Source: Candidatus Heimdallarchaeota archaeon
GTDB lineage: Archaea; Asgardarchaeota; Heimdallarchaeia; Heimdallarchaeales; Heimdallarchaeaceae
Direction of reading: 5' to 3'
Assembly (NCBI GenBank): GCA_019057375.1
Contig: DXJF01000067.1
Span: 1-27,534, forward strand
Length of the DNA: 27,534 nucleotides
A program made the translations under genes and the position numbers. The notes below the pieces were generated by a model. That model saw nothing but the letters and a program-made list of their open reading frames with translations, made no database searches and was not told the DNA's origin. Positions 8,729 to 17,066 of this stretch are shown piece by piece (the first letter of the stretch is position 1; every line of letters begins with the position of its first letter).

Positions 8729-10009
8729 CTATATAACAATCTTTTTTCCACAGTCAGTACAAAATTCTGCCCCTTCTATCATTAATGCAGAGCAAGCTGG
8801 ACATCTTTCTTCTCTTTCACCATTAAAATGTCTTGATCCAGTTTCTTTATTATTTTTCTTTTCACTTTCTGATTGAGAGGAAGAATATTTGCTTTTTATC
8901 CAGCTTAGACTTGGTGGTTCCGCATATTCTTTGATCAATCCTTCATAGTAGTAAATTTCATTTATATCCACAAAACTCCCAACAATCACACTAACTGAAA
9001 AGAAGAGGAAGACTAAGCTACATATAGCATAGTCTGAACCTGAAACTGCTGAATCAACTGCTGGTGAAAAAATGCTAAGAAAGATCTTAGAAAATGAATT
9101 TAATCCTGCAATAAATATTGAAGCTGGTACCAAGAAGGATATCAACCCACTTTGAACAATACGTTTAGTGCTATATTTTGGAAATTGGAAAGCATCCGAA
9201 AAACTCTGAAAAACGCTAGATTCTCGTAGAGATGATAGCATTTTAGCTATTCTGAATATAGGGGATATAATGGAGAGAACAATTGCTGTTAATAAGAAGG
9301 GGAAGTAGATAGCAATATTCTGATTTGATCCCTGGGAGATGCTTTGAAATATCTCAACAAATGTCATTGATATTGCGCTAATAGTAACTATTTGAATTAG
9401 ATAAATTAGTCCATAAGTAAATATGTTTGAATTCTTAGTTTCTGAACTAGTGCCTTTCCAAGCCCCTATAGTTTGTGCAATTCTACTATTAAACACATAA
9501 ATCAGAAATGTAATTGCAAAAAATGAAAGAATCGTAAACAACACTGAGGCCCAAGAAGTTGGAAGAATACCAAGCACCAACAACAGTGATAAATTAATAA
9601 AAATAATCAACGCTAATGATGTTAAAACACCTAAAACCCCAATGAGAAACATCTCTCCAAGGGATAGGTTTTTGAAAAACCTTAGTTGTAATTTGGGTGC
9701 TTTGAAGTTATCGCTATAGCTTATTTGGCCCTTCATCCTCAATGGTACAAATGAATCGGAAGCACTCCATGCAAATTGAGTTGAATCTAGCACATAATCT
9801 CCGCTCTCGGTCTTAGTTTCTATTGGTTCATCTCTAAAAGAAGGTCGAGATGTGGGATTGTTTGGTGGAAAATCATATGATGATTCAGAAGTTGGTGCAA
9901 TTTTTGCTACTTGTGTTTCCAACTCTGTTCCGCAAATAGGACAAAATACCACTTTTGTCGGGAATGTAGAGTAACATATAGGACATCTCTTATCAGAAAT
10001 AATATTCAC
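8729..10009 (-). CDS. Multi-pass membrane protein with N- and C-terminal double Zn ribbons
   Basis: CPIC...CPICG near the N-terminus, CPAC...CTDCG at the C-terminus, and about six hydrophobic segments in between. Confidence 0.8.
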   Translation of the reverse strand: MNIISDKRCPICYSTFPTKVVFCPICGTELETQVAKIAPTSESSYDFPPNNPTSRPSFRDEPIETKTESGDYVLDSTQFAWSASDSFVPLRMKGQISYSDNFKAPKLQLRFFKNLSLGEMFLIGVLGVLTSLALIIFINLSLLLVLGILPTSWASVLFTILSFFAITFLIYVFNSRIAQTIGAWKGTSSETKNSNIFTYGLIYLIQIVTISAISMTFVEIFQSISQGSNQNIAIYFPFLLTAIVLSIISPIFRIAKMLSSLRESSVFQSFSDAFQFPKYSTKRIVQSGLISFLVPASIFIAGLNSFSKIFLSIFSPAVDSAVSGSDYAICSLVFLFFSVSVIVGSFVDINEIYYYEGLIKEYAEPPSLSWIKSKYSSSQSESEKKNNKETGSRHFNGEREERCPACSALMIEGAEFCTDCGKKIVI

Positions 10010-10183
10010 CTTATAGTTACATCCAGTATTTTCTTTATATAACTGGGCAATACGTGGATATTTTTAGAGAAAATCTTTATTATAAAAAACTCCTTAAAAC
10101 AATGGTTTCGAGCTTTCATTCTCATTAAGCAATTTCGACTAGTTTAAATATTTCGAAGGTTGATAATAAATTGGTTATAAGAC

Positions 10184-11644
10184 ATGAGTGAATCACCAAA
10201 AGAAAAACCTCAATCTCTTTCTGGTTATGTTTCTTTAGTAAAAAAAATAGAGAATATAATCAACCAAATTACAGAAAAAGAAGAATCAACTAAAACAGAG
10301 GAGGAGGATTCACTTGAGCATCAAGATTCAGAAATAGTGACTGAAAAGGAAACAGCAGTAGAAGCAGTAACAAATGTTGAAAAACAAACCTTACAATTAG
10401 AAGAAAGTATTACAAAAGTTGCAGATGAAGAAAAAAAAGTAGTTCATGCTGAGAGACTTCCAGATTTAGTGAAGATTGAGAAAGAACTGGAAGAATTATA
10501 TCCTGGAGCAGAAGTTCAAGTTACAGACTTTTACTATGTAAAAGATGAATTACCTGATAATGAGATTAAAAAAAGGATTATGAGTAAAATCCCTTCAATA
10601 GAATCAATAGACATCAAAAACAAGGAAAATTATGGTTTCCCATTTGTACTCTGTAAACTTGAAGGAAAATACGAAGCAATTATTCCTATTAATCTAGAAA
10701 ATATCAGTTTACCAACAATTCAACATGGTGTGAATAGACAATTTAAACTTCTTTTTGCTGGAACTGAAGAGGTTTTAGAGTTAACTCCAAGTGAAAACGA
10801 GATTTGGAATCAATCCTTTAATCGGTTCCAGATTAAGCTAACACAACTTTTGAATACAAAAGCAAAAAGCAACCTGAGTAAGAAACCACACAAGATGAAA
10901 CTCATCAATTTAGATTCTATTCTGATTAAAGACTTCATCAATGAATATCATAAGAAACTGAAAAATCTGCAGAATTATCAAGATGATATTCTATTACACT
11001 TAAACGAGTTAATTGGAATAGTAGAAAAGCGAGAAAGCATTTGGAAGAACACAGATGATTTCAATAAAACTAAGAATATACTTAAGCTGCAAATGATAGA
11101 TTTTGAAAAGAAACAAAAGAATCTTAGTAAAGTAACGCAGATAGAATTTTTTCAACTTAAAAAAACACAACGAAAGTTGGATGCTAGAACAAAGAAATTC
11201 AAGCTAGATGAAAAAAGAAACAAGACAATAACAAGGGAAGAGAAAGAAGCATTAATTAATGATGTTAGAAAGTTTCAGAGGAAGAAAACAAAAATACAAA
11301 AGGAAATAGAGCATGCAAAGAAGATAGATGAAACGCTGAGGGAATGGATAGAAATTCTAACGAGCTTGGAATTGGAACAAGCAAATGAAAAGTTTTTAGA
11401 AACTTTCTCAGAAGATTTTTCAAAAAACATCTTAGAATTACTTGAACATGAAAATCTAGAAGAGCTTATTGAAAACGCAACTATTGAAAGAGTAGATTTC
11501 TCAAATATTACACTACATGTTCTGTATATTCCAACACTAATCTATTCTTTTAAAGCAAAGCAAGGTAATCAAAAAATAGAAGGAAAAATACTCTATCTAG
11601 CTCCAGCACAAGAAACTATTTTTCTCAAACCTCCAGTAGCTTAA
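10184..11644 (+). CDS. Hypothetical protein with acidic N-terminus and central coiled coil
   Basis: 486-aa ORF with a Glu-rich N-terminus and a Lys/Glu heptad region at about aa 250-400; no recognisable catalytic motif. Confidence 0.75.
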   Translation: MSESPKEKPQSLSGYVSLVKKIENIINQITEKEESTKTEEEDSLEHQDSEIVTEKETAVEAVTNVEKQTLQLEESITKVADEEKKVVHAERLPDLVKIEKELEELYPGAEVQVTDFYYVKDELPDNEIKKRIMSKIPSIESIDIKNKENYGFPFVLCKLEGKYEAIIPINLENISLPTIQHGVNRQFKLLFAGTEEVLELTPSENEIWNQSFNRFQIKLTQLLNTKAKSNLSKKPHKMKLINLDSILIKDFINEYHKKLKNLQNYQDDILLHLNELIGIVEKRESIWKNTDDFNKTKNILKLQMIDFEKKQKNLSKVTQIEFFQLKKTQRKLDARTKKFKLDEKRNKTITREEKEALINDVRKFQRKKTKIQKEIEHAKKIDETLREWIEILTSLELEQANEKFLETFSEDFSKNILELLEHENLEELIENATIERVDFSNITLHVLYIPTLIYSFKAKQGNQKIEGKILYLAPAQETIFLKPPVA

Positions 11645-11722
11645 AACAAGACTGTTTGTTAGTAAATAAAATAATATGTCTTTGAACAAGTTTATTAGTG
11701 CTTAATTGTCTAAAAAAGACAG

Positions 11723-12451
11723 ATGACTGAAGAGATTGTTGTTTGTGAGAATTTATCAAAACGGTTTATAGTAGGAAATAGTGTTGTAAAAGCTGTAAAC
11801 GGTGTGGATCTAACATTTCATAGAAAAGAATTTACTTCAGTAGTTGGACCAAGCGGAAGTGGAAAAACAACTCTGTTAAATCTAATTGGAACGTTGGAAA
11901 TTCCGACAACTGGAAAGATAATAGTAAATGGAACAGATTTAAGTCAATTTTCTACAGCAGATTTGACAGATTTTAGAAGAAAGAATCTAGGATTTGTTTT
12001 TCAATTTTTTAATCTAGTTGAAGGATTAACAGGAAAAGAAAATGTAGAATTGCCATTGATTTTTGATGGAGTTCCATATGAAGAAAGACAAAGAAGAGTG
12101 GACAACATATTCAAGGAATTTGAAATAGTATATTTGCAGAATAAGTTCCCAGAAGAGTTAAGTTCAGGAGAAAGACAAAGAGTAGCTATTATGAGAGCAT
12201 TAATCAACGAACCTATTTTACTTCTAGCAGATGAGCCAACAGGAAATCTAGACACAAATACAGGACAAACAGTACTGGATTTGTTCAAGCAACTAAATGA
12301 GGAGAGGGGAACATCAATAGCATTAGTAACACATGATCTATCAGCAGCAAAAAGAGCAAAAAGAATCCTACATATGCATGATGGAAAAATAACTTTTGAC
12401 CAACAAAACTTAGATGAAGAACCTAAAGGAATGAACGAAGAAGCAAAATGA
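11723..12451 (+). CDS. ABC transporter ATP-binding protein, LolD/MacB family
   Basis: Walker A GPSGSGKTT, LGFVFQFFNL, signature LSSGERQRVAIMRAL, LLLADEPTGNLD, VTHD. Confidence 0.93.
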   Translation: MTEEIVVCENLSKRFIVGNSVVKAVNGVDLTFHRKEFTSVVGPSGSGKTTLLNLIGTLEIPTTGKIIVNGTDLSQFSTADLTDFRRKNLGFVFQFFNLVEGLTGKENVELPLIFDGVPYEERQRRVDNIFKEFEIVYLQNKFPEELSSGERQRVAIMRALINEPILLLADEPTGNLDTNTGQTVLDLFKQLNEERGTSIALVTHDLSAAKRAKRILHMHDGKITFDQQNLDEEPKGMNEEAK

Positions 12452-12578
12452 AGTAGAAGCAAAGAAGAGAGAGTGAGGGAGCAAAAAAAACAATTTTGGG
12501 AAATAACCCTAGACTGTTCCTACTTATATAGATTTCCCCTAGTTTCTTCATAAGACTTAAAAATGCATAAACTGCCCA

Positions 12579-12617
12579 TAAATATAATTAGTGACTCACT
12601 AATACTCGTATGAGTAT
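12579..12617 (+). promoter_or_regulatory. dppB promoter: TATA-like box followed by two abutting palindromes (putative operators)
   Basis: TAAATATA at 12579-12586, ATTAGTGA-C-TCACTAAT at 12587-12603 and ATACTC-GTAT-GAGTAT at 12602-12617, upstream of ATG 12639. Confidence 0.55.
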
Positions 12618-12638
12618 AAACTTCGCGGAGAAAAATAT

Positions 12639-13646
12639 ATGTCATTAAAAGGATTCATAATTAGAAGAACCATATATATTGTCCCGGTTATGCTTGGAAT
12701 TACTTTGATGAATTTCACACTTATCAATGTCAGTCCAGGAGATCCAGTTATAGTTAGACTTGGTTTGATTCATTGTGATCATGATGACTGCTATAATGCA
12801 GCATATAATGGTGAAGCAATCGAAATGGGGCTTTTAGATAGAGATTATTATACCATCCCATGGTTTAAACGATATGTAAGTTTTGTTAATGATTTGCTTC
12901 ATTTTGACCTAGGAAAATCATGGTACTATACGCAAGCGGGTGAAGGTATACCTATTGCGAAGATTATATCAGATCGAGCTATATATACAGTTGTACTTAA
13001 TGTACTCGCGTTTTTCTTCTCGCTATTACTCGCAACAGCAATTGGTGTAGTATCAGCAACAAGACAAAACTCTTTCTGGGATAGGTCGTTAACAATAGCG
13101 ATGCTGCTAGGGTATTCAATGCCTTTGTTTTGGTTAGCGAAACTCTTGATGTTATTATCATTTCAATTATTCAATTTCACAGGAGTAGCAAATAAAGATG
13201 CATTCAAGACACCACTGTTTTTGAATCCAAACTTCTATAAATATCTGATATTGCCAACACTGGCGTTAACACTAGGTGGTCTGGTATTTATGGCAAGATT
13301 GGTAAGATCACAGTTACTAGAGATTCTGAGACAAGATTATATAACGACAGCGAAAGCAAAAGGATTGGACAACAGAGCAGTAATTTACAAGCACGCATTC
13401 AGAAATGGATTGCTACCAATAGTAACAATAATTGGTAACTCCTTACCAGGATTACTAGCAGGATCAGTAATGATTGAATCAGTATTTGGATGGCCAGGAC
13501 TTGGTACAGTCTTCCTAGAAGGAGCTCTATTTAGAGACTACCCCATGATGATGGCTACGAACACGATCTTTCCGTTGCTATTTCTTGTAGCGCGTTTACT
13601 TACGGATATCACGTACGTTTTCATCGACCCGAGGATTAGATATTAA
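12639..13646 (+). CDS. dppB: Peptide/nickel ABC transporter permease, DppB/OppB family
   Basis: FIIRRTIYIVPVMLG...SPGDP, DLGKSW, EAA-loop region QDYITTAKAKGL, IESVFGWPGLG, DPRIRY. Confidence 0.93.
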   Translation: MSLKGFIIRRTIYIVPVMLGITLMNFTLINVSPGDPVIVRLGLIHCDHDDCYNAAYNGEAIEMGLLDRDYYTIPWFKRYVSFVNDLLHFDLGKSWYYTQAGEGIPIAKIISDRAIYTVVLNVLAFFFSLLLATAIGVVSATRQNSFWDRSLTIAMLLGYSMPLFWLAKLLMLLSFQLFNFTGVANKDAFKTPLFLNPNFYKYLILPTLALTLGGLVFMARLVRSQLLEILRQDYITTAKAKGLDNRAVIYKHAFRNGLLPIVTIIGNSLPGLLAGSVMIESVFGWPGLGTVFLEGALFRDYPMMMATNTIFPLLFLVARLLTDITYVFIDPRIRY

Positions 13647-13660
13647 GGTGTGATTTACAT

Positions 13661-14722
13661 ATGGCAACAGCAGAACAAGAACAAACAGGCGAATTTCTGT
13701 TAGACGAAAAAACACTTCGAGAAATTGAAACCATGAAAGGAGCTGGTCAATGGTCAATTGTCTGGCGACGTATTAAGAAAGACAAGATGGGTATGCTTGG
13801 TCTTTACATCGTCCTTTTCCTGATTTTAATGGCTTTTTCATCTTGGATTTTACTTGGGTTTGACAACTGGCTTACTAGTCAAGGCTATCTTCTTGGAGAT
13901 CCCCTTAATCCCCGTAGTTTTAATAACCTCTATATTGAGCTATGGTTACCGGGAATGCCTGCGGACAGTCCTCTGGTATTGTTCCAACATCCCAGGCATC
14001 ATTTCCCTGAATTAGCTAAGCTTCCTCCATCATTTAAGCATCCTTTTGGTACTGATGGAATCGGTCACGACATGGTGTCACGTATTTTCTTTGGAGCTAC
14101 AGTCTCCTTAGCTCTTGGTTTCATTGGTCAAATGACCACAGTTATCATTGGTACATTCTTAGGATCAATTGCGGGTTTTTATGGTGGAGCTATTGATGAC
14201 ATCCTACAAAGGGTTATAGAACTACTTTACTCAATGCCAGGCTTTATCCTGATGATTTTCATTATTGTGCTCTTTGAGGACGTGAATATACCAGGAGGCA
14301 GGTACGCGGTAGTGGTGATATTCTTCTCACTCATTGGGTGGGGAGGAACAGCGCTCATCGTAAGATCAAACTTCTTCTCGTTGAAGCAACAAGACTTCGT
14401 TGAAGCGGAACGTGCACTCGGTGCGAGTGATATGAGAATTATTTTCAAGCATATCCTACCGAATTCGTTGGCACCTCTGATTATTATAGTAACGCTAGGG
14501 ATTGCAAATACAATCTTCCTCTTCGCAGCATTAGCCTTCTTCGGTTTCGGAGATCCAAATGCTGTAAGTTGGGGAGACGATTTGAATAAATGGCAAAACG
14601 AGTTACTATATTTTCCATGGATGCCTATGTTCCCTGCGCTTTTCATCTTCTTCACGGTGCTCGGTTTCAACCTTCTCGGTGACGCTTTAAGGGATGCTCT
14701 CGACCCAAGACTGAAGGATTAA
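13661..14722 (+). CDS. dppC: Peptide/nickel ABC transporter permease, DppC/OppC family
   Basis: HPFGTDGIGHDMVSRI, DFVEAERALGASD.RIIFKHILPNS, GFNLLGDALRDALDP. Confidence 0.94.
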   Translation: MATAEQEQTGEFLLDEKTLREIETMKGAGQWSIVWRRIKKDKMGMLGLYIVLFLILMAFSSWILLGFDNWLTSQGYLLGDPLNPRSFNNLYIELWLPGMPADSPLVLFQHPRHHFPELAKLPPSFKHPFGTDGIGHDMVSRIFFGATVSLALGFIGQMTTVIIGTFLGSIAGFYGGAIDDILQRVIELLYSMPGFILMIFIIVLFEDVNIPGGRYAVVVIFFSLIGWGGTALIVRSNFFSLKQQDFVEAERALGASDMRIIFKHILPNSLAPLIIIVTLGIANTIFLFAALAFFGFGDPNAVSWGDDLNKWQNELLYFPWMPMFPALFIFFTVLGFNLLGDALRDALDPRLKD

Positions 14723-14728
14723 ACCCTT

Positions 14729-14762
14729 CTTTCAATTCTTTTTTCTTCTTTTTATTTACTTT
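14729..14762 (+). terminator. Oligo-T/pyrimidine tract after dppC
   Basis: CTTCTTTCAATTCTTTTTTCTTCTTTTTATTTACTTTC directly after the stop, as in archaeal intrinsic terminators. Confidence 0.55.
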
Positions 14763-15006
14763 CTTGCAAATAAACTGCAATTATTTTTTCTTCCTTTATT
14801 AATCAAAGTGGTCATTATCTTTTTGATGTGCCTTGTCTGTTGCACGTCATAAGTCATAAATCTTGTAGATTGGGTGTAGATGGGAGGGAGTCTCACCACC
14901 TACATGTAAGTAGGTTTGCTGATAGCATATTTCTAGCTGTAACCTAACTGCACAAAAATTCTATGGGGTATTTAAATCAAATTCCATATATATTTTCGAG
15001 GAAAAA

Positions 15007-15807
15007 ATGACTACTATCGTTGACAGAGTGCACTTTCAACCCCTTGAAAAAACTATCCGCGAATTGCAAACCCCGCTCTTTCTAATTAATGGGAAATTGG
15101 AGCGCATAGATTGGAGCCATGACCTTCGTCATATCTTCAGATTTATCGAGATTATTTCTGATTTAGCCAAGAGATCTATACCTGAAAATATCTTTGCGGA
15201 AGCATTCATCCAATTCCAATATTTAAGTGGTTTATTGCTGGAAAGTCACTCAGGTGACAATAGCTTCAACAACGATGATATGCTAGCATATTTTCTTGCT
15301 CTTCTTGATAGTACCTTAGCTTATTATGGTAGAGAATTACAACAACAATTGTTGCATAGAATCTTACGATTTTGGGGTGTTGACAGAGACATAGGTATTT
15401 ACACTAGAAAAGTCACACAAGCAAAAAAAATTCTAGAAAATGCCAAATTATTACGCAATGATAGCGAAAATGTTACTGATGAGCTGCATGCAAAAGTCAA
15501 TCTCCTGGCAAAATACTTGAAACAAATTCTCCCACAGGCTAGTGAGGAGCTAGATGTAGTGTTGGAAGAAATCACTAAACTTATCCGAAAGAAAATTATT
15601 CCCTTTGCAAGTATAAGTAATGCTGCACTAACGATGATAGTAGCTTTTTTCCCTCTCCATTTAGACTATCCAGCAATGAAACTCTATATCATGATTCACT
15701 TGCAAGAGGACCTAAATGTACACCTCCCAACATTAAGAAAAGATGCAAAAAGATTTAGAAATAAATTACTAAAAACCGATATTCCAAAAAAAATGAACAA
15801 TTTTTGA
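15007..15807 (+). CDS. Helical protein, possibly a divergent cyclin/TFIIB-fold protein without Zn ribbon
   Basis: Own TATA-like TTTAAAT at 14971-14977. Weak matches to TFB repeat 1 (DLRHIFRFIEIISDL..IPENIFAEA) and repeat 2 (ASISNAALTMI; NVHLPTLRKDAKRF versus GVTEVTIRNRYKEL). The ORF is well supported; the fold is tentative. Confidence 0.55.
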   Translation: MTTIVDRVHFQPLEKTIRELQTPLFLINGKLERIDWSHDLRHIFRFIEIISDLAKRSIPENIFAEAFIQFQYLSGLLLESHSGDNSFNNDDMLAYFLALLDSTLAYYGRELQQQLLHRILRFWGVDRDIGIYTRKVTQAKKILENAKLLRNDSENVTDELHAKVNLLAKYLKQILPQASEELDVVLEEITKLIRKKIIPFASISNAALTMIVAFFPLHLDYPAMKLYIMIHLQEDLNVHLPTLRKDAKRFRNKLLKTDIPKKMNNF

Positions 15808-15999
15808 CATTCATTAGGTTTTTTTCATCTAATAGAAACTTCGTCTAAATCCATTTTTGTAAGGTTTTACTCAACTAGTGGATATATTTTAATAGGCTCT
15901 TGAAATCTTGAGTAAAAATAGACAAACTTATAAAAGTTAGAATAACAAAATCAACCAAGTGATTTAAGATTATTAGTTAATAATATGAAAAGTGATTTT

Positions 16000-17058
16000 A
16001 TGAGTAGACCATCAGAAGAAGTATTGTTGGAGATAAACAGGCTCAAAACGTATTTCTTCACTGAAGAGGGTGTAGTTAAAGCAATAGAATCAGTTGATCT
16101 TGAGGTATATAAGTCTGAAACTCTTGGACTAGTAGGTGAGTCAGGATCAGGTAAATCAGTTACAGCTTTATCTATATTAGGTATTGTCCCAGATCCGCCA
16201 GGTAAGATACTTGATGGGGAGGTAATTTTCCACGGACAAGATCTTCGCAAACTTAGTGATTCAGATATGCGTAAAATAAGAGGTAACCAGATTGCAATGA
16301 TTTTTCAAGATCCTATGACTTCTCTCAATCCAGTCTTCACTGTAGGAGATCAGATTAGCGAAGCCATTATACTTCACCAAAAAGTTACTAAGAAAGAAGC
16401 AAAAGAAAAGTCCATTAAAATCATGTCTCTTGTCGGTATTCCAAGTGCAGATGAACGTGTGGATAATTACCCATTTGAGTTCTCAGGCGGAATGCGTCAA
16501 CGTGTCATGATAGCTATGGCCTTGAGTTGCAATCCTGAACTCTTGATTGCTGATGAACCCAGCACTAGTTTAGATGTGACCATTCAGGCACAAATTCTCG
16601 AATTGCTCAAAGCAACCTCTGAGGAGTTCGACATGAGTATTATTTTAATTACTCACGATATGGGTGTTATTGCAGAGATGTGCGATAGAGTTGCCGTCAT
16701 GTATGCTGGTTTTATTTGTGAGATTGGTGATATCATGATTATATTCAAATCCCCTTATCACCCCTATACTCGTGGTTTATTAGGTGCGATTCCTCGTCCT
16801 GATGCAGCACGTGATGATTTACAGATTATTCGCGGAGCCATTCCCAATCTTATCAATCCTCCATCTGCTTGTCGATTCCACCCACGTTGTGATTATTACA
16901 TGTTGGGTCTTTGTGAAAATATCCTTCCAGAATTAGTTGAAATAGAACCTGGACATTCAGTTCGATGCCATCTTTATACTGATGAAGGTAAAGCTTGGAT
17001 GGCTGAAAGAGGAGACAAACGCGTTATTGGTACTATACCAAAAAGTATTGCAGGTTAG
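16000..17058 (+). CDS. dppD: Peptide ABC transporter ATPase, DppD/OppD family
   Basis: GLVGESGSGKS, IFQDPMTSLNP, FSGGMRQRVMIA, ADEP, C-terminal CRFHPRC...C...C cysteine cluster. Start at ATG 16000 preferred (AGTGA RBS); the track gives 15985. Confidence 0.94.
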   Translation: MSRPSEEVLLEINRLKTYFFTEEGVVKAIESVDLEVYKSETLGLVGESGSGKSVTALSILGIVPDPPGKILDGEVIFHGQDLRKLSDSDMRKIRGNQIAMIFQDPMTSLNPVFTVGDQISEAIILHQKVTKKEAKEKSIKIMSLVGIPSADERVDNYPFEFSGGMRQRVMIAMALSCNPELLIADEPSTSLDVTIQAQILELLKATSEEFDMSIILITHDMGVIAEMCDRVAVMYAGFICEIGDIMIIFKSPYHPYTRGLLGAIPRPDAARDDLQIIRGAIPNLINPPSACRFHPRCDYYMLGLCENILPELVEIEPGHSVRCHLYTDEGKAWMAERGDKRVIGTIPKSIAG

Positions 17059-17066
17059 GTGAAAAA

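Noticed and set aside
12001-12462. 153-aa minus-strand ORF
   Set aside because: Antisense shadow of the LolD-type ATPase.
12452-12538. Purine-rich tract and GGGAAAT/ATTTCCC inverted repeat after the LolD-type gene
   Set aside because: It resembles a minus-strand terminator, but no minus-strand gene ends there, and the 7-bp repeat with a long spacer is weak.
14227-14670. 147-aa minus-strand ORF
   Set aside because: Antisense shadow of dppC; no RBS or recognisable motifs.
11723-14722. Apparent codon-usage shifts (A-ending codons in the LolD-type gene and late dppB; more C-ending codons in dppC)
   Set aside because: Impression only; it needs computed codon and GC statistics before any transfer claim.
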